Below are positions 51,138 to 63,200 of a stretch of 64,000 nucleotides of DNA, one piece after another. The stretch is from assembly GCF_035594765.1 (NCBI RefSeq), contig NC_085845.1:158240897-158304896 (forward strand). Direction: 5' to 3'. The position numbers were made by a program, and so were the translations under genes. How positions within the stretch are numbered: position 1 is the first letter of the stretch; the number at the start of each line of letters is the position of its first letter. The DNA is from Anolis carolinensis (lineage: Eukaryota). The notes below the pieces were generated by a model that made no database searches, had not been told where the DNA came from, and worked only from the letters and a program-made list of their open reading frames with translations.

Positions 51138-51961
51138 CCATAAAGTTTTGTCAAATTATTGGCTTCAATATTTGAACCAAGGCAAGTTTCAACAAAGTTA
51201 CACTATTTTGTAGGTGGCCATTGTGCAGGTGAAAAAAGAAATCATTTCGGCTTACTGGAACAGGGGGCAGTTATGCTTCACTATTTCTTTATGAAACTGA
51301 GTACTTGACCCTTCCGGATCAAACTGCTTCAGGGTATTTCTCCAAAATATAATTGGCTACATGTTTTCAGGTCTTTTTCTTTGTACCTAGGATAACTGAT
51401 TTGTACATGCTAATAATCATTTTAAAACATTTAATAATATTTACACTATTATCCATTAATACAAAAACATGACAGCTTTCAAAATCTGACCTTCTATACA
51501 CATGTTATAAAGTTGTAGATATATATATATATAATCTCTTACTGACATGGCTCAATCTTAAGCCTGTGAAACTAATTTTGATTGCCCCCCGCCCAAAATC
51601 AGTGGACTAGCTCTTTACCTTGAAAACAGAACACCTGAATACCAAAGATTAATCTCTTGTTGATAATATTTTTCAACAAAATTTGCTAAACCAGATGTAT
51701 TAATGAGCTTGTTTATAGCAACTTCATTAAATTATATAGAAACACTCTAAAGCTATTGAAGCTTACAAAAATCCCATGCTCTGCTTTCCTAGGAATTTTA
51801 ATAAGCAAAAGGCCCTAAATTAATGCATTGCTAAAGACTATTGTTTTTATTCCCCCCACTTCTCCCAAGTGATATATTTTTAATAATAAATAATTAAAAT
51901 CCATAATCCTCCATTATGTGTCATACAAATAATTAGGAGTATCATTTTTGTCTCTTTAAAT

Positions 51962-52096
51962 CAGTGGTTCTCAATATGTGGGCCCCCAGATGTTTTGGCC
52001 TTCAACTCCCAGAAATTCTAACAGCTGGTAAACTGGCAGGGATTCCTGGGAGTTGTAGGCCAAAATACCAGGGCACCCATAGGTTGAGAACCACTG
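51962..52096. mobile_element. About 135-bp hAT-type MITE
   Basis: TIRs plus TSD ctttaaat/ctttaaag. Confidence 0.9.
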
Positions 52097-53427
52097 CTTT
52101 AAAGGCTTCATGAGCATTTCCCATTTTGCAAGCCTTCACCATTTTTAAAAGGTTGTTAATATTTCAAATGTTCTACTTCTCAGATTTCATTATAGTATTC
52201 CAAACTGCAGTAAGATTAGTATGGCAAAAATAAAACAGACCTCAGCATTTATCTACAAGTGGCATAATTTCATCTCTAAACTGAATTAATAAGTTTGTAG
52301 AGAAATGATCATATGTATGGCATTCTGAGCCCCAATTTATATGCCATCAGTAGTTGTAGAGAATATGATCTGTCCAGTGGGTTTCCATGGTTGAGTGAGT
52401 TAGCCAAAAAGATAACACAGCTGTACTTTAAAACTACCACCGTTTCATAATTGATCTAAATCTTTTCAGTGACAGATGCAGTAAGTAAAGGACAGGAACA
52501 AATTTAGTTTCTATGTCATTATTTGTTAAGCATGCACCGGTTCCTCAAAAGTTTTACGATAGAGCTCACCAGCTTCCATTCCACAATGTAAAACTACTTC
52601 AGGCAGGTCTCGGTTGTAAAACTATTGGGGAACCGGTGCATGCTGCCACAGCAGCAACAGAGGAGGCTCCCCATGTTCAATAAGAGTCAACGGAGGGAAG
52701 CTGGGCAGTGGATGCTTCCCCCCATGGGATGAGGTGGGGGGGAAGCTGAGTAATGTGGGGCGGGGGCAACTGGTTCCTCCCGCCAGGCTCCACCATTCAG
52801 GCAGCAAGTCTGATGAGGTTGTAAGAAATGGGTGTAATTCCCAATCAAATTAGGCAATTTCACATAGTGCTAATTACACTTTTAATTATAAAATCTAAAC
52901 AAGGATGTAATCTAGTTTAAGGCCCCCACTGAATTGACCTAACATTTTGCAAAAGCTAGTGTTTTTATTGATTTTGATTCCATTTCTACCAGAAGGATTG
53001 TGAATTATGGATAAGAGTAATTCTACAGTTGCAGTTGGTCAATATATTTTTCTGCATTATTTTATGGCGAAATAAAGACATTGCCAAACACAAATGAAAA
53101 AGTAGATTTGAAAGTTTTGAAATTGCAACACTGGGGAAGTTTATTCACAGCTTGCTTAAATAATGTCTGAATGCCTTTGTTAAAGAGCATGGGCTTCCAG
53201 GTGGGGAAAGTTAATGCTTTCACTAAAAGCTTATAATGGGTCAATGGAAACAGCATTTGGAATGCTGAGTAGCCACTAGAAATAGGAAACATAACTTTAA
53301 ATTATTAAAAGAAATGAGTGGTGTTCAAATTATGCCACCATCATGGCAATGAATCAACCAATCTGCATAATACATGGCCTCACAATTCACAAAATGTTTC
53401 CTAGATACAATCACAGACCCCCTGAAA

Positions 53428-53562
53428 TGGTGATTCTCAACCTGTGGGTCCCCAGATGTTTTGGCCTTCAACTAACAGAAATTCTAATAGCTGGTGAACT
53501 GGCTGGGATTTCTGGGAGTTGTAGGCCAAAATACCTGGGGACCCACAGATTGAGAACCACTG
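53428..53562. mobile_element. About 135-bp hAT-type MITE
   Basis: Same family; left TIR decayed. Confidence 0.85.
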
Positions 53563-54356
53563 TACTAAAATTTTCACGTATATTAAGCCATATTAAGTCC
53601 ATACGCTTGTAGCTTTGTAGTTATACATTCTAACATAAAATCTGAAGTTCCCATGCCTAAGAAAAGGGCTTCTCAAAATCCCTTTTTAATTATGAAGATG
53701 CTAAAGTTGATAGATTTGTCTTTAAAAAATTCTATACTTGAAGGTGTTTGTGTGAGGTATCACAAGAAAATCTTTTCCTGCCATATTCTAAAGGATTGTG
53801 ACATAGCAATACTATACACATTTAATGAGTATTAAATCCATGTTATTTCAATAAGATTTATTTCCATGTAAATTGATACAGGATTGCAGCCTGAATCATT
53901 TTAGCAAAACGCAGAAGAGCAATAAAATATATTTGTAAATTTGCAACTCAAGTGAATTGGTAAGAAATGTAACTAAAAGTGGAAAAATCAATACAAAACC
54001 CTGTTCTATATATATATATGTATAGCTCATATAGAACAAGTGAATGAATAAATGAATGAGTGGAACACTAGATCCATACTACAAAGGCACAAGGTTTTTG
54101 TAATTTATTTATGTAGATCTAGAGTTTCACTCACTTCATTTTTTAAAAAAAACACTAGTATACCCGAAAGCTAAGAATAAACAAAATGCTGTCCAATTCA
54201 GAATAATATAAAGTCCAGTTTTGGTTAAATTCTCAGTAGAGATCTGCAAATTAAAGTGGTTATATATAAATAATAATAAAGAGGAGAAAATAAATAAGAA
54301 ATCCAAACATGGTGCTGAAAATGAGTATGATCAGCAACCATTGTGGTTTAACTTAC

Positions 54357-54365
54357 CCAGATGTG
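54357..54365 (-). CDS. PPFIA2: Candidate 9-nt PPFIA2 microexon CACATCTGG
   Basis: tgcttttcttttccattcatctctctccatctcatgaaaag|CACATCTGG|gtaagt; frame-preserving in a phase-2 intron; flanked by YCAY clusters. Confidence 0.65.
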
Positions 54366-55891
54366 CTTTTCATGAGATGGAGAGAGATGAATGGAAAAGA
54401 AAAGCACACAAATATTAATGAATATATGTTAATTCATAAAAGAAATCATATGATAGAGTAAAAAATTAAAGAAGCAGCACAGCATGTATTTTATTCTTCC
54501 ACAAAAACCGAACTCTCTCTGTCTATCTTTCTCTCTCTGGACAAACCAAATCTATAACCCCTTTTGCACAGCACTGATGTCTCAATAAATGGTTAAAAGT
54601 ATGTCTTTGATAGTGTCAATTATTCAGGTCTGATCTTGAACCAAGAATTGTACACTGAATATTGAAGGCACAAAAGGGTTACAATTACAACACAACAAAT
54701 ATCAGGCAACATATAAGACAACATATTCCCACCATCTTCCCTACTAATTGCCACATCAGCTCTCTAAATGATTATGTAAAACATCATGTTAATTACTCAA
54801 TTTGCAGCAATGAAGCTATTACGTATTTCAAATTCTTTAATTTCTCCTTGAAGCCATCCAAGACATAGGAAAACATAATACACATGGCCAAGAGCAACTT
54901 TCTAATGCACATTTCCAGCATTAGCCACGAGCAGCACACGCTCCCAATACAATTGTGAATATCATCATATGGGGGGAAATCCAATCAGTGCCATGATGCA
55001 GCAAAGGTTAAATCTTAGACTTCCACATGCCAGAATCCTCTCCACTTTCGATACAAACTATTCTTTTAAAATCAGCCATATCAATTCAGACCATGTAAGT
55101 TTGGTCCTAAGGCAAATTTGATGGTCTTCAATGTGAAGGATACGCTGCATGTGAAGGAAAGGTCTGAACAAGCTGGTATTTAGAGATGCAGAGATTGTTA
55201 TCACCTGAGTATTGGGTCATAACAGACATTTTACACGTTTCAACATTCAGGGAGTGATAAATATGGCAACAGAATAATGAAATGGGCAAAGTGTAGCCTG
55301 AACGTTACATTAGTCTGCCAAGGCCTTTCTTGCACCTCACTACTACCCTTGAAAGCCCCTTCTAACCCTGCCTATTTGTTTTCTGCTAAAGAAAGCTGTT
55401 TTGCTATCTCCAAATGCTTCTAGGAGTGGCAAATTCATGTTTTTGGTGGGCAGTGTTCCCTAACCTTCTCAAAAGTTGTCCAAGTGCAAAGGAAGAGAAA
55501 GAGAAGAAGCTGGAGGTCAACAGGAAGCTACTTCTGGTTTTCATTTCTTTGGGCTGATATTTTCTCTCAAGACATATGGACTCAGTGGCATAAAACCAGT
55601 CCTTGGGCCTTCCTCACTTCAGTTGTACACATCTATAACAACACCTTCATAGCACTGAACTATTATTATTGAGGGCAGATATCTCTGTTCTTCCTTCTTA
55701 GGAGCTCTTGGCTGCACACTGAGATAGAGTGATATTGTGAGATTAGATAGACCTCTGATACGTTGTTTTTGTTCTTAGATTCCTCTTAGCAGATCATATG
55801 GATTACTTTAATGCAGCCTTCACCAGTATAATGCCTTTATAAGTTGTGGCTGGGAGATTATGGGAACTTTGCATGTCTGGAGGATACTATA

Positions 55892-56092
55892 GTGTACCTT
55901 CAAGTCATCTGTCAATTTAGGACAAGCCCCATGAATTTCATAGGATTGTATTAGGCAAGGCAATCCTTGCCTAAGGCAACAGCCCAAAGTACTTAATATT
56001 CATTGGCAATTTGCCATCCAAGTACTAACCAGGGTTGACCTTGCTTAGCTTCCATGATCAGACTGGATTTGGTGTTTTTAGGTTATTTAGGC
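55892..56092 (-). mobile_element. 5S rRNA-derived SINE, degenerate
   Basis: Minus strand gtctgatcatggaagctaagcaaggtcaaccctggttagtacttggatgg matches the 5S rRNA internal control region, followed by a SINE body ending gacttgaaggtacac. Confidence 0.8.
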
Positions 56093-56116
56093 AATCTGGG
56101 CCAGATTACTCTAATG

Positions 56117-56251
56117 CAGTGGTTCTCAACCTGTGGGTCCCCAGATGTTTTGGCCTACAACTCCCAGAAATCCCAGCCAGTTTGGCAGCTGTTAGGGTTT
56201 CTGGGAGTTGAAGGCAAAAACATATGGGGACCCACAGGTTGAGAACCACTG
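56117..56251. mobile_element. About 135-bp hAT-type MITE
   Basis: TIR cagtggttctcaacctgtgggtcccc and a perfect 8-bp TSD ctctaatg. Confidence 0.93.
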
Positions 56252-57249
56252 CTCTAATGGATCTTTATCTTGTGAAAAGATTGAGCCACCTTTGTTTCTT
56301 CTTAAAAGATGCGCAAGAGACTGACATTTTCTTTTTAGCTGAGGAACACAGATTTGAAAACCCGATCTTGCGTTTGCAACGACTGCTTGAGTACAAACTG
56401 AATTCATTTTTACCCCATCTCATGCGGCTTTATTATGTCCCCTAATTTCACTAAGAGGGTGCTTATACTCTGAAGTTAAGGAAGTTTGATACTACTTTAA
56501 TTGTCAAATTTCCATCTTATGAAATCCTGGGACTTATAGGGAACTCTAGTTCCCTGTAACAGTTCTCATGGAATCCTGATTAAAGGTACGAAGGATTATA
56601 TCAGTTCAATTCTATACTGTAGAGAAGCACTAAGATAATCAAATTGTTTCCCCTGGGAGGTAGGCAGGAAGTGAGTTGTTATGAGAGCTGCACTATCCTC
56701 TAATAAGCTTACTAGAGAGGGTTTAGTGTGTCAAAGCAGGAAAGCTCTTAACATATAAAAATTTCTTAAGAGCCTTTATGCAAATGCAAAGTAAACAGAA
56801 ATTTCAAGTCATAACAGGCAGTGGTCAATAAAAATAATGAAAATAATCAAATAATTAAGTATTTTAATTTTATTTGGTTTTAATCTGTTTAATTGATTGA
56901 TATGTGTTTTAATTACTCATGTTTTAGATTATTGATTTTATTGAGATGCATTTTAATGTTTTTAAGCCGCTTTGAGTCCCCTTTGGGGTGGAGAAAAGCA
57001 GGATAGAAATGAAGTAAGTAAGTAAGTAATAAGAGTTAACTAAAAATGTACCAGTAAAAATGTACTTAATTGCTAAGCCCATTAAAAACCAACACTTTAT
57101 ATATGACAATTGTATTTTTGAAACAACTATGAAAAGGACAAACCACTCTAAGTAAACACTCAACTAAAATATAAAAAGGGATGATGGAGTTTAGGAAAAA
57201 TGCATCACCTCTTACATTTAGATTGCATCATGCGATCACATATTTCATA

Positions 57250-57550
57250 ATAATAATAATATATTTTTATATTTATATTTTTATATTTCCAATATTTCTA
57301 CCCCGCCCTTCTCCCTGAGGGGACTCAGGGCGGCTTACACAACTGGTAGGATCACTACCAGTACATCATAATACAATAAAATAAGAATAAAACAGTTAAA
57401 ATAATTAAATAACATAGTAAAATACAATATATAAAAATTTAAAACAATGTAACACCAAATATATATACCAATCATCCATCAGACCTTGTGCAAAAGCCTT
57501 AATCCGATGGATGATTGGTATATATATTTGGTGTTACATTGTTTTAAATT
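57250..57550 (-). mobile_element. L2-type 3' end with a fold-back inverted repeat
   Basis: ccccgcccttctccctgaggggactcagggcggcttac tail motif; 45-bp perfect inverted repeat at 57436-57480 / 57506-57550. Confidence 0.7.
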
Positions 57551-59307
57551 AACTTTATTATTATTAACTTTATTATGTAATAGAACTTTATTTATATTCT
57601 GCCCTATCTCTCCGAGGGGACTCAAGCACGGGAGGTATTAAAACAAAAACTGCATCTCAAATCTCAGCCATTTTAAGCATGCATATATGCATGCATACTT
57701 ACTCCCTGGTTATTTGATTATTGCAAAATGTAATTCAAAAGAAGATGCTTGAATAATTTTTAGGAATTCTGTATTTTGTTTTTTAATTCAGATGAACTCA
57801 ATGATAAAAGCAAAGAAAGTTGGTAGGAATTTTCTTAGTCCAGACACCTTGCATGGGACCACAAGGAGAGAGTATTTTATTGCATCCAGGTTTGGAACTC
57901 TCTCCCTACGGAAGTTAGGATGGCTTTCTTCCCAATGTCCTCCACTGGCAAGAAATTTAGGAACTGACTTTTATCTTTTTAACAAGTTTGTTCTAATTTT
58001 TAAATTTTGTAGCTAAATTAGTTGCATTTTAACAATAACTTCTTAATTTTAACTTATGCTTCTATTTGTGCTTTTATCTATATTTATTTATTTTAATGTC
58101 CGTAAGCCATCTTGAGTCCCGGTTGTTGTCCCAAGGATCCCTATAGTATCAAGGTTCACTACTGTTGAGCCTTGTAAAGAGAAAACAAGGGATTTGAGCC
58201 TCACCACAGAACACCAATTTAGTTTCAGATCAGGAATGCCATTAGATAGATTGAGGTAACAGAAACTGAGAAGTAAAAGTCACTTCAGAAGAAAGGAAAA
58301 TAGGGAACATTTAAGGGAATATAAGTCCAGAGATGCCTCAAAACAAAAGAGTGAACCTATAAAAATACTTTGTCAAGCTGTTTGTATAATGACGTTAACT
58401 CTTTAAAAATGCCACAAATGACCTCTAATGAGATAGAGAGCCGACACAGAAACGTGAATAATACACTGAACCAGAAATTGATTCATTTGGATCCTCCACA
58501 AAAATCCACTGAACTGTCTATTTTAGAGTAGATGGTTAGTTTAGAAACAATCTGGGTTAACTGAATGGTGCCACATATAAGAGCATTATTATTCTGCATG
58601 AAATAAATACAGTACGATTTGATCCTTTTACTACTTTCCATTTTAGTCTTCTCAGCATTGTTTTAAAACTAAGTTTATATCCCTGCTCTTTTAAGCTAAG
58701 AGACAGTACACCACACTTCGATCACAGAACTGCTTATGCAGAAAATGCCAAGTTGCTACTTATCACCTAAACAAGATATAAACCTCTTTGAAACACCATT
58801 TACAGGCATGAACCATGGTCTCACTTTCAATTAGTATTAAACAAAACTGTAGTCACAGTATACAGATGACACAAAAGCTTATCTCAGCTCTTTGTCATCA
58901 ATCACTTCTGCTGGCGGATATCCGTATTGACTGATCACATGGAAAAGGACTAAACACCGACACTGAACAGAGGCCATTATTGCTTGCAAATACATGAAAT
59001 AGATATGAAATATTGCCAACCAATCTGGGAGATACATGGATACATCAAAGTTTTCTTTATTTTAGTATGGCTGTGAGACCATGAATAGTTCCTAGATACA
59101 CGAGAAGAAAGTAGTGGCTCTTTCTTTCTGCTATTTATTCCACAATTTCTGCAATTCACTGCAGCAGCACTGCAAGTAAAGCTTTCCAGGACTCTGGTTC
59201 TAAAGCAATAGTTCCATGGGGGCCATGGACCACTTTGAAAATGAACGCTATGGACCATCCCCATGAAAATGCATGGAAATACAAGGTAACAGAGAAATCT
59301 TAAAACA

Positions 59308-60280
59308 TGTCAGGACCCAGGCTGCAAAGGCACCAATAACCAAACACAGAGGCCAGAATCTATCTAATATCTTTATTGAAGGGATATATAAAGTTAATAA
59401 AAGCAAGTATATGAAATAGTCCAAAAGCAGACCTTTCAGGAAAGGTCTAAATTAGTCCAAAAAAGCGATGTCCAATATGAAATATTAAGGTTCAAAGTTG
59501 TAATCCAATAACCGAAACACTCACTTTGCCAGGCAAAGTGAGGGGAGATGACAAGGTCCTTTAGTCCATAAACTTGAGCAAGGCTAGGAAATAACTTGAT
59601 ACTTGAAACAAGGCTTAAAACGTGGAACAAGGTAACAAGGAACAAGAACAAGGTCCGTGGAAAAACTTGGTAAAATCCGTGATACAAGGCAATGTTTAGT
59701 CCTGGGAAACAAGCAAGGTCCGTAGGTAAACAAAGGCAGAAACAGGAGCGAAGGCTGGAAAGCAGGGCAAGGCTTGAGCAGGAGCGAGGCTTGAAACGGA
59801 GCGCGCTGTCCAGACACAACTCGCTCCGGAGGTTGACGAATTGACTCCGCGAAGTTACTTCGCGGGTAAATCACCTATATAGAGTCTAACTTTCCCGCCG
59901 AAGCAGTTCTCTGGGAACCAGAAACGAAAGCTAATCTTTGAGACCAGATGTTTGACTCCTTAAGGATTCTCACGAAAAAGCAGACTTAATTGGCTGAATT
60001 CTTGGCTGCTATCCTCGCACTCCTGCGCGAAGCAGCTTCCAAACCTCTCTGTTGTTTACAAAACTCATGGCGGGAGAACACAGGGGAAGTGGGCTCCGGA
60101 TTTGTTTGACATACTTCTGGGTCACAACTCTCTTGCAGGTGCAAGGTTCCCAGATCTGCCTGGGAAAGGTCTGGCTGGGAAGATTCCAGTTCAGACTGGG
60201 AAGGTAAAAAACCCAAGTTTTCTTCATCATCAGGCATTACAGTGTCATAAGCAGGACTACAAGGCCCATGAGTCATCACA
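59308..60280 (-). repeat. 3' LTR, 973 bp, TG...CA
   Basis: Minus strand TGTGATG...CCTGACA, directly preceded by the polypurine tract GAGGAGGGGGATAG (60294-60281). TATA-like at 59881-59876 and AATAAA at 59377-59372. The outer end is inferred from the terminal motif because the partner LTR is not in the window. Confidence 0.8.
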
Positions 60281-63200
60281 CTATCCCCCTCCTCAGGGCC
60301 CCTCCCAAACTGGGACTCTCTCCCCGAAGCGCGAGGCCGCGGTTTGGTGGGATAGGTCTGATGAAAGCGACGGGTTAGATCAGGAGCGTGAACTGTGGAG
60401 GCGTCTTCCCAAGAGCGCTCCTCCGGGCCAAAACCCACCCAGTCAATGAGATATTGCAGGCGGCGGCGGTGAAAGCGAGAATCTAAAATGTCCTCAACCT
60501 CGAACTCCTCCTCCCCATTCATCAAAACAGGAGGGGGAGCCGGTTGGTCTGTATCAGGACGCACACCATCCGCCGGAAGGAGCAGGGAACGGTGAAACAC
60601 TGGGTGGATGCGCATTGAACGCGGAAGTTGGAGTTTGAAAGTCACGGGGTTTAATTGCGCCACCACTGGATAAGGGCCAATGAAACGGGCATCTAACTTC
60701 CGGCAAGGGCGGTGGGAGGGCAGAAAGCGAGTGGACAGGAAAACCCGATCTCCTACCTTGATTTCGGGGCCCGGCTGGCGATGTTTGTCAGCGTGGCGTT
60801 TATAGTCCTCCTTGGCTTGGTCCAGTTGCTGGAGCAAAAGTTGTTGTACCGCTGTGAGTTCCTGCAGCCAATCCTCTGCTGCGGGAACTTCTGAAGTTTC
60901 AATGACAGGGGGAAAGAAACGTGGGTGGAAGCCGTAGTTTGCAAAGAACGGCGTTTCTTTTGTAGAAGCTTGAACTCCATTGTTATAAGCAAACTCTGAC
61001 AGTGGTAACAGAGAAGCCCAATTGTCCTGTTGGTAGTTTACATAACAGCGAAGATACTGCTCCAAGGTGGCATTGGTGCGCTCCGTTTGCCCATCTGTTT
61101 GAGGATGATGAGCTGAAGATAAGCGAGAGTCTATGCCCAATAGTTTTTGTAGTGCCTTCCAAAAACGAGAGGTGAATTGAGATCCACGGTCTGAGACTAA
61201 ACTCTTGGGCAATCCATGTAGTCTGAAAACATGTTGAAGGAATAGATCTGCAGTCTCTTTGGCCGTGGGGAGACCTTCACAGGGTATGAAATGGGCTAAC
61301 TTGGTGAAAAGGTCCACCACCACTAGGATCGTGGTGAATCCACAGGAAGGTGGTAGGTCAGTGATGAAATCCGCAGAAATTATTTCCCATGGGCGAGATG
61401 GGGTAGGAAGGGGATGTAGAAGCCCTGAGGGTTTCTCCCTTCTTATCTTGGAGCGCTGGCATACTGGGCAGGTGTTGACATATTTTTCCACATCTTTGCG
61501 GATCTTGGGCCACCAAAAATCCCTTAGGATCAGATGCATGGTTTTAAATAGTCCGAAATGCCCTGCTGGTTTGCAGTCATGACACAGACGAAGCGCTTTT
61601 TCCCTGCCCGGTCCGGGTGGGATATAAACATGATTTCTATAGCAAAGCAGTCCATCTTTAAGCGAAAAGGGAAAATGCAGACCTTGACGAAGTTGATCCT
61701 GCGCCCAGGCATCTGCTTGCTGACTAGCCCTGATTTCTTGAGCACAGATGGGTCCTGGAGTAGAGGAAGTTGAACCAATGGGAGTGGATTTAGTGTTCCC
61801 CACTGTGAGCGTGGCAAAGTTCTCGGGTTGTAGTAGTTGGGATTCAAAGGTCTCCTTGCGTCCTGCAGCGTATTCCGGTTTACGTGACAGGGCGTCTGCT
61901 TGCTTGGTTTGGGCTGGGGTCACATAATGGATCTGGAAGTTGAAACGTTCAAAGAATAAAGCCCAACGTTGCTGCCTCTGATTTAGTTTGCGGGCAGTTC
62001 TTAGATGTTCTAGATTTCGATGATCAGTGTGGACTTCAATGGGAAATTTGGCCCCTTCTAGCCAATGTCTCCAAGTTTCAAAGGCTGCCTTTATGGCCAG
62101 TAGTTCCTTTTCCCAAATGGTGTAATTTCTCTCTGGTGTGGTTAGTTGACGGGAGTAAAAGGCACAGGGATGAAGGTGGTCTCCCACCGGTTGTAAGAGT
62201 ACAGCCCCAATTGCCACATCCGAGGCGTCCGCTTGCACAACAAAAGGGGTTCCAGGATCTGGGTGTTGTAGAATTGGCTGGGACGTGAATAATTTCTTTA
62301 GTTGCTGGAACCCTTTCTCTGCTTGATCAGTCCAGCGGAAGGGCTGTTTTCCACGGATGCAGCTAGTGATTGGGTCAGACCAGCGGGCAAAATCTGGAAT
62401 GAACTTGCGGTAATAGTTCGCGAACCCCAAGAAACGCTGCACCTCTTTCTTGTTAGTTGGCGCCCGCCATTCCAATACTGCTGAAACCTTGGCTGGATCC
62501 ATGGAGAGCCCTAGAGGCGAGATACGGTAACCAAGGAAATCTACCTCTTGTAGATCGAAAGCGCATTTTTCCAACTTGGCATAAAGTCCATGATCTCGCA
62601 ACGTTGTAACACCATTTTGACGTGGTTCTCATGTTCTGATTGCGATCTAGAAAACACCAAAAAATCGTCCAGGTAGATTATCAAGAACCGATCTAGATAG
62701 TCCTGAAAAATATCATTGACAAAATGCTGGAACGTTGCGGGGGCTCCGCATAATCCATAATTCATAACTCGGGACTCGAATAATCCGAATTTAGTCTGAA
62801 AGGCAGTCTTCCACTCGTCCCCTTCTCTGATGCGAACTAGATTATAAGCCCCTCGAAGATCCAGCTTGGTGTAGACCTTGGCTCCTCGAAGTCGGTCCAG
62901 TAGATCCGAGATTAAGGGCAGGGGATAACTGTTCCGCTTGGTGATATTGTTCAATGCTCTGTAGTCCACCACCAAGCGTAATTCCCCTGACTTCTTCACA
63001 AACATCACTGGGGAGGCGGCTGGGGATTGAGAGGGTCTGATGAATCCCTTGCGAAGGTTTGTCTCTATGAATTCCCTGAGAGCTTCTTGCTCCGGTTCAG
63101 TCAGGGAGTATAGGTGCCCTCGCGGGATCGGGGCCCCCTCCACCAAGTCAATGGCACAGTCATAAGGTCTATGTGGGGGTAATTTCTCGGCTTCTTTTTC

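Noticed and set aside
55981-56092. 5S rRNA gene
   Set aside because: Diverged, single copy and fused to a SINE body; not a functional rRNA gene.
56281-56400. Possible upstream PPFIA2 exon (LGTQAEKDRRLKKK)
   Set aside because: Only a short GTACTCAAGC resemblance; translation and splice sites do not fit. That exon probably lies beyond the window.
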